Shown here piece by piece: positions 48,790-59,600 of a DNA stretch of 64,000 bases (the first letter of the stretch is position 1; each line of letters opens with the position of its first letter). The stretch comes from a virus (taxonomy: Duplodnaviria > Heunggongvirae > Uroviricota > Caudoviricetes): positions 1-64,000 of the IMG/VR virus record IMGVR_UViG_2908567220_000002. The stretch is one strand, 5' to 3'. The notes below the pieces were generated by a model. That model was given only the letters and a program-made list of their open reading frames with translations, made no database searches and was not told the origin of the DNA. The position numbers and the translations under genes were made by a program.

Positions 48790-49038
48790 ATGGCAAGACT
48801 TATTCTGCTCACTGAGTGGGCAAAAGAGGAATTCAGCGATCCGGTCCCTACTCCGGGCACGTTAAGTAAATACGCTAAAGCCGGAATGATATTTCCTCTC
48901 CCCAAAAAAGTTGGAAGACACTGGCGAGTGGATCCGCGAGCTCGCTTTGTCGGAATGGTAAACAAGCCGGAGGTGATCGCCACAGATCACCCTGCTTTAA
49001 AGAGGATACTGGAAGATGGCACGCCCGCGAAAATATAA
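48790..49038 (+). CDS. xis: Excisionase
   Basis: 82 aa immediately upstream of and overlapping the integrase gene. Confidence 0.65.
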   Translation: MARLILLTEWAKEEFSDPVPTPGTLSKYAKAGMIFPLPKKVGRHWRVDPRARFVGMVNKPEVIATDHPALKRILEDGTPAKI

Positions 49039-50146
49039 AACCGCTGTTCCGGGATTATCTCCGTATTTTGACAAAAGAAATAACAAAGTTTACTGGCGTT
49101 ACAGGCATCCCATCACAGGTAAAAATCATGGACTCGGCAGTATTGACCAGAAACTGGCGGAAACCATTGCAGCAGAAGCGAACAGCCGTCTTGCCAGACA
49201 ACAAATGGAGCAAATGCTCAGTCTGCAGGAGAAAATTATTAGTGATACCGGCGGCGCATCAACCGTTTCCATTTTTCTGAATAATTACAGAAAAATTCAA
49301 CAGGAAAGATATGAGAACGGAGAGATCAAACTCAGCACGCTGAAGCAAAAAGCGGCTCCTCTCAGGGTGTTTGATGAACGTTTTGGAGCCAGGCCGCTAG
49401 ATGCCATAACAGTAAAAGATGTGGTATCGGTGCTGGAAGAATACAAGGCAAAGGGACATAACAGAATGGGACAAATTTTCAGGAAGGTATTGATCGATGT
49501 TTTCCGGGAGGCTCAACAAACGGGTGATGTCCCGCCAGGCTTTAACCCGGCTGAATCGGCAAAAAAACCGCAAGTGCGGATATCAAGACAGCGACTGACT
49601 TTTGATGAGTGGATGATGATTTATAACGCAGCGGAAAAGGATGGTTACTTTTTACAGCGCGGCATGCTGCTGGCACTGATGACGGGCCAGCGTCTTTCGG
49701 ATATTTGCAAAATGCAGTTTTCGGATATCCGGGATGGTTACCTTCATGTCGAACAGCAAAAAACAGGAGCCCGGATAGCCATTCCTCTGGCTCTGCGTTG
49801 CGACAAATTAAATCTTACCCTGGGTGACGTGGTGTCATCCTGTCGTGATTACATCCTTAGTCCGTGGTTATTGCACCATCATCACGCTAAGGGGATGGGT
49901 AAGCGCGGCGGGATGGTTAAACCAGCAACGTTAACAGTCGCATTTAAAAAAGCCCGGGATTCTGTGGATTACAACTGGCGTGCTAATGGCACGCCACCCT
50001 CTTTCCATGAGCAAAGATCTTTATCAGAACGATTGTTCAGAGAACAGGGAATTGATACCAAAATTTTGCTGGGCCATTCGAATCAAAAAATGACCGATGT
50101 TTACAACGATGCACGCGGTAAGGAGTGGAAAAAACTGGTCATTTGA
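49016..50146 (+). CDS. int: Tyrosine integrase (lambda Int family)
   Basis: 376 aa; N-terminal arm-binding-like region; C-terminal catalytic region LLGHSNQKMTDVY. Confidence 0.85.
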   Translation: MARPRKYKTAVPGLSPYFDKRNNKVYWRYRHPITGKNHGLGSIDQKLAETIAAEANSRLARQQMEQMLSLQEKIISDTGGASTVSIFLNNYRKIQQERYENGEIKLSTLKQKAAPLRVFDERFGARPLDAITVKDVVSVLEEYKAKGHNRMGQIFRKVLIDVFREAQQTGDVPPGFNPAESAKKPQVRISRQRLTFDEWMMIYNAAEKDGYFLQRGMLLALMTGQRLSDICKMQFSDIRDGYLHVEQQKTGARIAIPLALRCDKLNLTLGDVVSSCRDYILSPWLLHHHHAKGMGKRGGMVKPATLTVAFKKARDSVDYNWRANGTPPSFHEQRSLSERLFREQGIDTKILLGHSNQKMTDVYNDARGKEWKKLVI

Positions 50147-50157
50147 TGACCAGTTTT
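50131..50157 (+). promoter_or_regulatory. Perfect 12-bp inverted repeat spanning the int stop codon (terminator or sib-like retroregulatory hairpin)
   Basis: AAAACTGGTCAT-TTG-ATGACCAGTTTT. Confidence 0.45.
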
Positions 50158-50187
50158 GCAGAAGAGTTTTGCAGAGATTTTGCAGAG
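50154..50187. promoter_or_regulatory. Three direct integrase arm-type repeats (P'-arm-like)
   Basis: TTTTGCAGA(A/G) at 50154-50163, 50167-50176, 50178-50187, immediately after int. Confidence 0.6.
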
Positions 50188-50430
50188 AAAATTAGAAGCG
50201 GTATCCGGCAGAGAACATAAACACCCACGGATCCAGTCGTACCGCGTCTTTCACGGGGGTTCCATTAAATTTATAGCTGGCGGTTGTGTCGATATCCATG
50301 TACCACACTGGTAGGTTTCAAAAAACACAATAACCAATTGTATTTGAAGCAAAAAAACAAGACTTTGAGATGTTTTTTTGTACCTTTTTTTATGCTTTTA
50401 ACTGTCTGATTTTATTGAAATCTTTTTTAG

Positions 50431-50440
50431 TTTTGCAGAA
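50431..50440. promoter_or_regulatory. Fourth arm-type repeat (P-arm-like) on the other side of the presumed core
   Basis: TTTTGCAGAA in an AT-rich stretch about 270 bp from the first cluster. Confidence 0.4.
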
Positions 50441-50620
50441 GGAATTTTTTACTTGATTGTAACTTTTTCGTTTTTTTGGGGCTAATTGACGCGCAATGCT
50501 GGGCGGGGAGCGCACAGCCAAAAAAACCGAAATTGACCGCTAATTACTGCCAATCATCATCGCTCTGATTGAGCGTAAATCATTCAGGTTATTCAGTTCT
50601 TCCTTCTGCTCTCGCTGACG

Positions 50621-50902
50621 TCAATAAATCCCATCATTGCGATCAACCTCATCCTTAACCATTGATGCGAGCAGTTCTTCCAGTTTCTGCGCTGACAGCT
50701 TTACCTGGTGATCTTCAGCATCTTCCCGGGCTATTGTGGTTCGCGCAGTGGCTGATTTTGCTGACATCACCACAGGGGGCAGACGGACCATTGAACCATG
50801 GCCTCCGGAACAAATAAGGGCAAAAATAACAACCACTATCGAAAGCTCACAAACTAACCGCAGCACGTTCCTGCATACGACGTGTCTGCGGCATAATCCC
50901 AA
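50621..50902 (-). CDS. Hypothetical protein in the b-region of prophage B
   Basis: 93-aa ORF; its 5' end lies inside the tfa-derived repeat, so it may be non-functional. Confidence 0.3.
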   Translation of the reverse strand: MGLCRRHVVCRNVLRLVCELSIVVVIFALICSGGHGSMVRLPPVVMSAKSATARTTIAREDAEDHQVKLSAQKLEELLASMVKDEVDRNDGIY

Positions 50903-50905
50903 TGA

Positions 50906-51175
50906 TTACTCCCTGACAGGATTTGCAGGCCACTCAATATCAGGTACAGTTGATGTATCAACACGATTCAACAATACCCGATATTTATTCCATGCCTCCA
51001 GCAACGATCTTTCTTCCTCCGTTGCGATTTCCAGATCTACAGCATCCTGCAGTGGCGCAATATACTCACTGAATTCCTGGATGTAGAACTGTGTGGTGAC
51101 GGTCTTCCAGCCATTCGGCTCCTGCTGTATCGAAGCATACCAGGCTATTTCAATATCGCTATGCTGCGGCAGCAT
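50906..51175 (-). pseudogene. Tail fibre assembly protein (tfa) C-terminal fragment
   Basis: 89-aa ORF ending [22 protein letters not shown]; far shorter than an intact Tfa. Confidence 0.55.
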
Positions 51176-51231
51176 TTAACCCCTTGTAATTCATCGCCAT
51201 AATTGATTTAATTCACAAATAAAACTATAAC

Positions 51232-51900
51232 ATGGTGAAATCAATGAAAAAAAACACAGATGATGGGGCTAAAATTTACACACCACTTACCCTAAAGCTT
51301 TATGACTGGTGGGTTTTGGGAGTATCAAATCGGCTTGCATGGGGATGTCCTACAAAGGAACACCTTCTTCCACACTTTCTGGAACATGTAGGTAACAACC
51401 ATCTGGATATTGGTGTTGGAACTGGGTTTTACCTTACTCACGTACCTGAGAGTAGTCTGATATCTTTAATGGATTTGAACGAAGCTAGCCTGAACGCGGC
51501 ATCTACAAGGGCTGGGGAATCAAAAATTAAACATAAAATTAGCCATGATGTTTTTGAACCTTATCCCGCGGCGTTACATGGTCAATTTGATTCCATTTCC
51601 ATGTTTTACCTTCTTCACTGCCTGCCTGGAAATATATCTACAAAAAGCTGTGTAATACGCAATGCGGCGCAGGCCTTAACTGACGATGGAACTCTATACG
51701 GAGCCACAATTCTTGGCGATGGAGTTGTGCACAATAGCTTCGGTCAAAAACTGATGCGCATTTACAATCAGAAAGGCATCTTTTCAAACACAAAAGATTC
51801 CGAAGAAGGCTTAACACATATACTCTCAGAGCATTTCGAGAATGTTAAAACCAAGGTTCAAGGTACTGTAGTAATGTTTTCCGCTTCAGGGAAAAAATAG
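51232..51900 (+). CDS. Class I SAM-dependent methyltransferase (no DNA-MTase motif IV; substrate unknown); AT-rich cargo gene
   Basis: 222 aa; Rossmann motif I-like LDIGVGTGFY; flanked by the two tfa-derived repeats. Confidence 0.65.
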   Translation: MVKSMKKNTDDGAKIYTPLTLKLYDWWVLGVSNRLAWGCPTKEHLLPHFLEHVGNNHLDIGVGTGFYLTHVPESSLISLMDLNEASLNAASTRAGESKIKHKISHDVFEPYPAALHGQFDSISMFYLLHCLPGNISTKSCVIRNAAQALTDDGTLYGATILGDGVVHNSFGQKLMRIYNQKGIFSNTKDSEEGLTHILSEHFENVKTKVQGTVVMFSASGKK

Positions 51901-51949
51901 CATCCAACCGCAGCACGTTCTTGCTTAAGACGTGCTGCGGCATAATCCC

Positions 51950-52137
51950 AATGATTACTCCCTGACAGGATTTGCAGGCCACTCAATATCAGGTGCAGTT
52001 GATGTATCAACACGGTTCAGCAACACCCGATACTTTTTCCAGGCTTCCAGCAATGAGGTTTCTTCCTCCGTTGCGATTTCCAGCTCAACAACAGTCTGAA
52101 CGTACCGGGAACAGCCTCCTTCAGAGCTTGAAGGATA
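51950..52137 (-). pseudogene. Second tfa C-terminal remnant, in frame directly after the stf stop codon, no start codon
   Basis: Reverse-strand translation after the stf stop reads [26 protein letters not shown]..., continuing into the Tfa-like C-terminus; about 85 percent identical by eye to 50858-51060. Confidence 0.45.
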
Positions 52138-55100
52138 TCAATGTTCGCTTCCTGTTAACTGCCGGACAAGTGCAACCAGTTCGCTTACCTGATTTTCCAG
52201 AGTGCTGATCCGGGTGTCTGCTGTTGCCAGATTTTCACGTAGCGTTGTGTTTTCCTCTTCCAGCGCGGTAACGCGATCATCTGTTTCACGGGCGACCTGA
52301 ACAAGTAAACCCGTCACGGCGGCGTAGTCAACATTAAGATAGCGCGTTTCTTCGCGTAGCTCGTTGCCGTCAACGGTCGGGCCTTGCAACTCTTCACCAT
52401 AATGAGTAAACGATCCCACAGCTTCTGGTATCGCCTCCATTACTTCCTGTGCAATAACGCCAGCATAAGGCATCCCGTTTTCCCTGAGCGTGTAGGTGTA
52501 TCCGTTCATTTTACGGATTGCTTTCGTCGCGTCGCTGATAACGAGAATATCGTCTTTAAGGTCGCGGTCTGATGACTGATTCAGCGTTGTGCAATTAATA
52601 GCGCCATTTACATCAAACAACTGGCCTGCTGACGTTTTTTGCGCATAAAACAGATACGCAGCAGACGTTCCAACCTCAAAAACGTTTTGTCGAGTACTGG
52701 AACCCCACACCCTGACAGAAAACGGCAGTTCTGCATTGCCTGAGTTCTGTAAAACAAAACGATTACCAGTCCCTGATTGCTTTGTAAGGGTTAAATCAAC
52801 GGTTGAGTTAACCTCATTCTTGTTGATAGTGAGCGCCTGCGCTGTAGCCCCGTTAACAGCACCTGTTTTGAGTTGAACCGCGCCGTCATTACCATTTAAC
52901 AGTATCTCAGCTCCGCTAAAGAAATTTTTTAGCGACAGCATCTTACTTACGCCGACTGATGAACCCAACGCCCACGCGAGAGAATTACCGGTGCTATCAA
53001 ACCCACGTACAAAGCAATCCATTTTGCTATAGTCTGACGTGCTTCCAAGGACATCAATTCGCCCTCCGCCAGATTTTACCGGACTAGATGTGGTTAACGA
53101 CCTGACAGTTATATCCTGATTCCATCCGGAAACAACAACCTGACTCCACGCTGTCCAGTTTCCATTAACAACAAAGCGAACGTATATACGTTTTGTGTCG
53201 CTGTTAATCAGCGTTTGCATGTTCGCATAATCTGAATCCCTAACCTTACGAGTCGACTCTACACGGAGCAAAAAGTTACCGGTTACACCGTCAGGCTTGT
53301 TGGTGATATTTGCACCACCTCCAGAGGATGGACAACTATAGTATTTAACCGCCCCGGCATCTGACCTGATGGTCAGGTTGTTAAGATCAACCTTCTGGCC
53401 GCCAATGTTTTCAGGCTCGATGGCTCCTGCTATCCCGGCACTGAACGTAGCAGCGGCTGAAAACGCTGTCGTACCTTTGAAAGCCAGTTGACCACCAATC
53501 GTTAATCCCTTGTCGAGTTTCGCTTGCGTGATCAATTTGCTGTTTTGTTTCTGATCAGGACTCTCGCCAAAAGCCAGATCCCCATTAGTATCAATTCCAA
53601 GATACTTTTGGTTCACGTTGTCTAACTTAAACCCAATGGACACATTTTCAGAAGAACCGGAACGCGTTAAAACCAACGGCGTGTGCTGTACTCCATAGAT
53701 GCTGAGCGTAGTTGCCGATGAGTCAGTGTCGGTATTTGCAATCTCAATCGTTCTGCTTTTAATTTTATACGCTACTGTGAGATCACGGACTTCAACCCTC
53801 CCGTCGTGACGAACAACAAGATCCCCTCCTGATGTCCCCCCTGCTGTCTTTGCCCTGATGCGAACTTCGCCAAGCGAATCAGTGTTAGGACCAGCATAGA
53901 TTATGCCGCGCTCTGTGTTATCGCCAGTATAAAACCGCAAAGCGGTGACTCCACTGTCTGCCCGCAGGAAGACTGACGGTGTACCTTTTTTGATTGTCAA
54001 GTCACCGGTCATTGTATCGCCGGTTTTTTTTACCTGCGCATCGTTCGTTACGTTGCCAAGTCCAACATCCGATTTCGACGGCTTGTTTGCCGAGCCGTAT
54101 AGCTCATTGACGCTAAAAGTCCCGTTGTTAAGCCGGGCATCGGTGCCGGCATAGATCTTAATCTTCGCGGTTGAGTAGTCGATATTGATCGCTGACCACG
54201 TATCGCCGCACCGCGAGAATATACCAGAACCGTGGCTATAAATGGTCGCCGTGCTTCCGGTCGGCTTATCACCGCGCCAGAAATGACCACCTTTGTCACG
54301 CAGAGCTTTTAAGATCTCTACATCGCTCATCTTGCCGTTTGTTGATATCCCGCTACCGCCAAGACCGAAAGCGCCTGTAAGCATAGCATTAGAAAGACCC
54401 AAATCTGCTTTAGTCGGCTTGTTTAACTGGTCGTAAATCCTTACAACGGGGCTTTCAACATATCCAGAAGGCGCGGCGGTTTGCTTAACAAATCCGTCTG
54501 GAATGTATAATTCCGTGCGTGCCGTCTGCGCCAGTACCGCAACCTTTGCGCCGTTGATAAATGCGCGCTGGAAGGCCCAAACCTCAATAAAGCCATCACC
54601 TTTAACCAGGCCGTAACGCATCTGGTTGTTATCGGTCAGCCCGGTTGACCCTAAGCGGCGTATACTCAGATGACGAGAAACATTATCCGCACTAAGCAAA
54701 GAAGGCATACCGCGCGCCGAGATCTCGATAAAGTCAATGTTTCCGTAAGGGGAGCCGTAGTTACCAGCGTTAGTAACCATTAGCGTTACATGGCAATTGC
54801 CGCTTCCGGGATCGGAAAGTTTCGCGATCTTTATGTAAAAAGACTCATTACCAGTAACAACGGGCCAATCGTATTGCGTCATCGGGCTGACGAGTCCCCC
54901 GACCTTGTCGAGATATTCTTTCGCCTTGTTCTCTGACGCTTTAGCGTTGGTTTCGCTGACCTTTGCTGCTGCCTCACTATTTTTCGCGTTGGTTTCTGAT
55001 TTTTTGGCTGCTGTCGCGGAGTTTGCCGATGCAGTTTGTGAGTCTGCTGCCGCCTGTGCGCTGTTATCCGCATTCGTCTCAGACGTTTTTGCGGCCTTCG

Positions 55101-55917
55101 CGGAATTTCCTGCCGCCGTTGCCGAGGAAGCTGCACTACTGGCACTTGATGATGCGTTCGTTTCTGATGATTTCGCTGCCTCTTTTGAGGCCGCCGCATC
55201 CCGGGATGAGGTGGCAGCTTCTGACGCTTTCGTGGTCGCGGTGGATGCAGAAGTGGCTGCAGATTTTTGTGACGCTGCAGCATTCGTTTCTGACGTTTTC
55301 GCCGCACCGGCACTGGTGGCTGCCGCGCTTTTTGAAGACTCTGCGGCGGCAGCACTTTTTAATGCTTCAGTGGCCTTTGTTGATGCCGTTCCTGCGCTGG
55401 AAAAAGCCTCCTGAGCCGACGTCGCGGCCTGTCCGGCTGACGTTCTGGCTGCGCGTGCTGAGTCTGCAGCATCAGTCGCATGGGTTGCCGCCTCACGGGC
55501 TGATGTGCCGGCATCGCTGGCTGACTTCTTCGCGGCTGCCGTGTTCTGTGCCACTGCGGACGCGTTACGCGCCACCTCTGCCACCATCAGTTCAAAGCGG
55601 CGCAGTGCCTCCGGACGGGCATCATCCTCCGTCATGGCACCGAGAAAATCATTCAGCGTACCCGGTTGTGAGTCTTCATACACGGTGATGGTCCCGGCAT
55701 GCGATGGCGGGAAGCCTTCCACCAACAGAATAACGCTGTACTGACCGTACTCAACGTCCATGCTGTAACGCCCTGCTTCATCCGGATTTTCAGATGCCAC
55801 CGTGTTCACCACCACCGTGGTGCTGTTACGTTTTGCTTTCAGCTGGATTGTGCAGTTCTGTACCGGTTTACCTGCACCGTCTTTCAGTACACCTGAAATC
55901 TTTACTGCCATATTCAC
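52138..55917 (-). CDS. stf: Side tail fibre protein (lambda Stf-like) with C-terminal intramolecular chaperone (peptidase S74-like) domain
   Basis: 1259 aa; N-terminus matches lambda Stf as recalled; Ala-rich repeat region; C-terminal DRDLKDDI...YLNVDYAAVTGLL plus coiled-coil tail. Confidence 0.75.
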   Translation of the reverse strand: MNMAVKISGVLKDGAGKPVQNCTIQLKAKRNSTTVVVNTVASENPDEAGRYSMDVEYGQYSVILLVEGFPPSHAGTITVYEDSQPGTLNDFLGAMTEDDARPEALRRFELMVAEVARNASAVAQNTAAAKKSASDAGTSAREAATHATDAADSARAARTSAGQAATSAQEAFSSAGTASTKATEALKSAAAAESSKSAAATSAGAAKTSETNAAASQKSAATSASTATTKASEAATSSRDAAASKEAAKSSETNASSSASSAASSATAAGNSAKAAKTSETNADNSAQAAADSQTASANSATAAKKSETNAKNSEAAAKVSETNAKASENKAKEYLDKVGGLVSPMTQYDWPVVTGNESFYIKIAKLSDPGSGNCHVTLMVTNAGNYGSPYGNIDFIEISARGMPSLLSADNVSRHLSIRRLGSTGLTDNNQMRYGLVKGDGFIEVWAFQRAFINGAKVAVLAQTARTELYIPDGFVKQTAAPSGYVESPVVRIYDQLNKPTKADLGLSNAMLTGAFGLGGSGISTNGKMSDVEILKALRDKGGHFWRGDKPTGSTATIYSHGSGIFSRCGDTWSAINIDYSTAKIKIYAGTDARLNNGTFSVNELYGSANKPSKSDVGLGNVTNDAQVKKTGDTMTGDLTIKKGTPSVFLRADSGVTALRFYTGDNTERGIIYAGPNTDSLGEVRIRAKTAGGTSGGDLVVRHDGRVEVRDLTVAYKIKSRTIEIANTDTDSSATTLSIYGVQHTPLVLTRSGSSENVSIGFKLDNVNQKYLGIDTNGDLAFGESPDQKQNSKLITQAKLDKGLTIGGQLAFKGTTAFSAAATFSAGIAGAIEPENIGGQKVDLNNLTIRSDAGAVKYYSCPSSGGGANITNKPDGVTGNFLLRVESTRKVRDSDYANMQTLINSDTKRIYVRFVVNGNWTAWSQVVVSGWNQDITVRSLTTSSPVKSGGGRIDVLGSTSDYSKMDCFVRGFDSTGNSLAWALGSSVGVSKMLSLKNFFSGAEILLNGNDGAVQLKTGAVNGATAQALTINKNEVNSTVDLTLTKQSGTGNRFVLQNSGNAELPFSVRVWGSSTRQNVFEVGTSAAYLFYAQKTSAGQLFDVNGAINCTTLNQSSDRDLKDDILVISDATKAIRKMNGYTYTLRENGMPYAGVIAQEVMEAIPEAVGSFTHYGEELQGPTVDGNELREETRYLNVDYAAVTGLLVQVARETDDRVTALEEENTTLRENLATADTRISTLENQVSELVALVRQLTGSEH

Positions 55918-55975
55918 CCCACAAAAAAGCCCGCCTGAACCGGCGGGCTGTCATAACACTGTGTTACCTGGCTAA

Positions 55976-56575
55976 TCAGAACTTATAACCAACACCCACG
56001 ATGAACCCGTCAGTGCGCCAGTCGCCACTGCCGGAGCCTTCATAAGCGACATCAACGGCCACGGATTCGGTCGGGTTAAACTGCACGCCAGCCCCCCACG
56101 CCAGAGACATGTTGCTGTGGCGACCGTCATCACTTCCGGTCAGCACATCGTGCGTTTTCCCCTTGTTGTCAGTTACGCGGAGATAATCCCCGGAGAAAGT
56201 CGACACACGGCTGTAAGCCATACCCGCCATCGCATACGCGCTGAACCATTCATTCACGCGCACAGACGGCCCCGCCATCACGCTGAACCAGCGGTTACGC
56301 ACGGAATCTTCATGCCAGCGGGTATCGCTGTAACGGGTCAGCTGGCGATTCTTGTCTCCTGCATAGCTGAATGACGTCACCAGCCCCAGCGTATCCGTAA
56401 ACTCATAACGGTATTTCACGTTAATCCCGTTCAGATTATCGCTGCCGGGAGCGTTCGTACGGGCATGAAGATACCCTGCGCTCAGTGTGGCCTGCTGCTC
56501 AGACGCCCATGCAGGCGCACCGGATACGGCCAGACAGATGGCTGCGGACAAAATGGCTGCACAAACTTTACGCAT
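55976..56575 (-). CDS. lom: Lom-like outer membrane protein (Ail/Lom/PagC family)
   Basis: 199 aa with signal peptide and beta-barrel-like alternating pattern ending GYKF; between J and stf as in lambda. Confidence 0.8.
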   Translation of the reverse strand: MRKVCAAILSAAICLAVSGAPAWASEQQATLSAGYLHARTNAPGSDNLNGINVKYRYEFTDTLGLVTSFSYAGDKNRQLTRYSDTRWHEDSVRNRWFSVMAGPSVRVNEWFSAYAMAGMAYSRVSTFSGDYLRVTDNKGKTHDVLTGSDDGRHSNMSLAWGAGVQFNPTESVAVDVAYEGSGSGDWRTDGFIVGVGYKF

Positions 56576-56643
56576 AATTACCTCTCGCTTTTCTGCAATA
56601 AAAAAGGCGCCAGAAATGGCGCCCGCATATGGGTTATGAAAAT

Positions 56644-59600
56644 TCAGCTAATCGTGATACCTGCTGTGGATTTCTTCATCACCACAACCAGCAAATCACT
56701 GATACTGGCTGTGGGATACCAGTCATTTACCAGCCACGCTGATACCGAAAACTCCAGCGTCATGTGACCGCGACCAGCAGGCATATCAATAACACCTGTA
56801 TAAACCAGCGTATTATCCAGCGCGGTACGGTTATAAATTTCAGCACCGTTTTTCTTCACTATCAGGCGGCATGACGAATAAATATCGTTATTCTCCCGCT
56901 CATGTTTAGCGCCACGAAACGCCACCGCGGGAATAACAATCTGCCGGTCAAACGGCTGATCGTCATAAACCCTGACGGTAATGGTCCCTGATGGCCACCG
57001 CTCCGGTGCACGGGAGTCCCGGGGGAAAGCTTTGCCCACTGTTTTAACGAGATCGCCTTCAATCTGGTTCGCAGACAGTTTTCCCAGAACCCGACAGTTT
57101 TCATTTATCGTGACATTGTTGAGCGTCCCGGCGTTCGCATTCACACTGCCACTGATATCCGCATTTTTCGCCGTCAGTCGCCCGTCCGGTGTCAGGGAAA
57201 ATGCCGGTGGATTTCCACCGCTGGTAATGGTGGGGGCCGTCAGGCGTTTCAGGAACACGTCGTTCATGAATATCTGATCGCCCTGACCAACAAACATCGG
57301 TTTTGTGTTGCCATTCGCAGGATTAACCATCGCAATCCTGTCCGCCGCCAGCAGCACCTGACTCTGCATGCCGTCAGGGGTGTTCTCAATACCGGCACCA
57401 ATACCCGCGATATAAAGGCGTCCGTCCTGCATCTGCTGCAGCTTCACAGCCCACATGCTGTTCAGGTTATTATTTGTATCAACCTGAACCTTCTGTATCT
57501 GCTGAATTGCCGCACTCTGGTCTTCCAGTTTCTTATTGACGGTCTGCGTGATTTCATTGCTGACATCCGTAATGGACGTCCTGATTTCAGCCAGGTCAGG
57601 CGCAAGCTGACCGTTATCAATCTGCGTCCACAGCTCCTGAGCCAGATGGGTTTTCCCTATCTCGCCTTTGAAAAAATCCAGATAGCCGGATGCGTCATCA
57701 CTCGGCTGACCAACAGCCTCCACGAATGCCGATTTGCCAACGGTGTTCACACTGCGAACGTAAAAATAATAATTATGGCCCGGTTTGATATTGATACTGG
57801 CGGCTATCCAGTACAACGCCGTACCAAGATAGCGTGCTGTGGTTTCAACCTGCCTGATATCCGCAATCCGCTTTTCCGAGAACCAGAACTCAAACTGTAC
57901 CGTCGGATCATAAACCGCAAGATGCGGCGTGGCGGTTATCTGAAAATAGCCCGGCGTCAGCTCAATCCGCGACGGCGCTGCCGGTGCGGCAATCCGGAAC
58001 GATACCGACGCCGGATCGCCCTGCTGCCCCCACGCATTTACTGCCCGGACTGTCAGCCTGTAGTTCCCCAGAGCCAGTTGTGTGAAGCGGTAAGTGGTTT
58101 CCGTCGTCCGGGCCGTGCTGACCAGCCGCTCACTGCCGTCATCCGCTGCCACGGTCAGGCGAAGCAGGAAGCTCACGCCCTTCACCACCTTCGGCGTGTC
58201 CCAGCGGGCCAGCACCTGGTATTCCCCGCTGTCTGCGGTGACTTCTGCGGTCAGATGCTGCACTGCTGGCGGCGTGACACCATTCACCGTGCCGCTCTGG
58301 TCGCCGTCAAAGTGCGCCCCGTTATCCACGATGGCCTCTTTTTCCGGTACATGCTGCACGGCGGTGATGGCATACGTGCCGTCATCGTTCTCACGGATAC
58401 TCACGCAGCGGAACAGGCGCTGGCGCAGCGTCGGCAGCTTCAGCCCCCATACGCTGTATCCGGCAACGCCGTCAGGAACACGGCTCACTTTTACCTTCAC
58501 GCCGTCGGTGACGGACTGGACCTCCACGCCGACCGGATTGCCACTTCCGTCAACCAGGCTTATCAGCGTGGTACCGGAGGATGGCAGCGTGATTTCACGG
58601 TCGAGCGTCAGCGTCCGGGTCTGGCTGTTCACCGCCAGCACGCGCCCGCCGGTGCTGATACCGGCATAGTCATCATCGCAGATTTCAATGACATCGCCCG
58701 GTACATGGCGAAGCCCTTCAGCACCCACGCTGAAGTCCACGGTCTGCGTTTCCAGCAGCTCCGTTTTAATCAGCCACAGCCCGGCGCGGTGTGCCTGCCC
58801 CCGGCTGGTACAGCCAAAGGCATCCATCTTCGTGACGTTACGACCGTAACGGGCAATGGCCTGCGAGTCCTCCACAAGCTCTGTTGCCGTCTCCCAGCCG
58901 TTATCCGGGTCAATCCAGTTCACTTCAACGGCATTATGGCGGTCTTTCAGGGCGCTGAAGCTGTAGCGGAATGGTGCGCCATCATCCGGCATCACCACAT
59001 TACTGCGGTTATAGGTCCACACCTTATCCGATGGTCGGTCCTGCACGAACGTCAGCGTCTGCCCGTTCCATACCGGCATACAGCGCATCGCCGAGCAGAA
59101 ATCACTGAGCACATCCCACGCCTTACGTTGTGTGGTCAGGTACGCATTACAGGTGATGCGCGGCTCCGTACCGCCAAAGCCGTCCGGCACCGACTGGTCA
59201 CAATGCTGGCCGATGACATACAGCGCCCATTTGTCCACATCCGCCGCACCAAGACGTTTCCCCATGCCGTAGCGCGGATGGGTCAGCATATCCCACAGAC
59301 ACCAGGCCATGTTGTTGCTGTATGCTGGCTTAAACGTTCCGTCCCAGATACCGCTGTATTGCCGCGTCTGCGGGTTATAGTTCGACGGCACCTGCAGAAT
59401 GCGCCCGTGCAGATGATAATTACGGCTCACCTGCTGGCTGCCGAACTGCTCCGAATCCACCTGCACGCCGACCAGTGCCGTGTTCGGGTAGCACTGTTTC
59501 ACATCGATGATTTCGGTGTATGACGACCAGAGCGTTTTGTTCTGCAGCTGGTCTGTGGTGCTGTCCGGCGTCATCCTGCGCATCCGGATATTAAACGGGC

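Noticed and set aside
57646-59523. 625-aa ORF on the + strand
   Set aside because: Antisense to the J host-specificity gene; Arg/His/Pro-rich composition typical of a shadow frame
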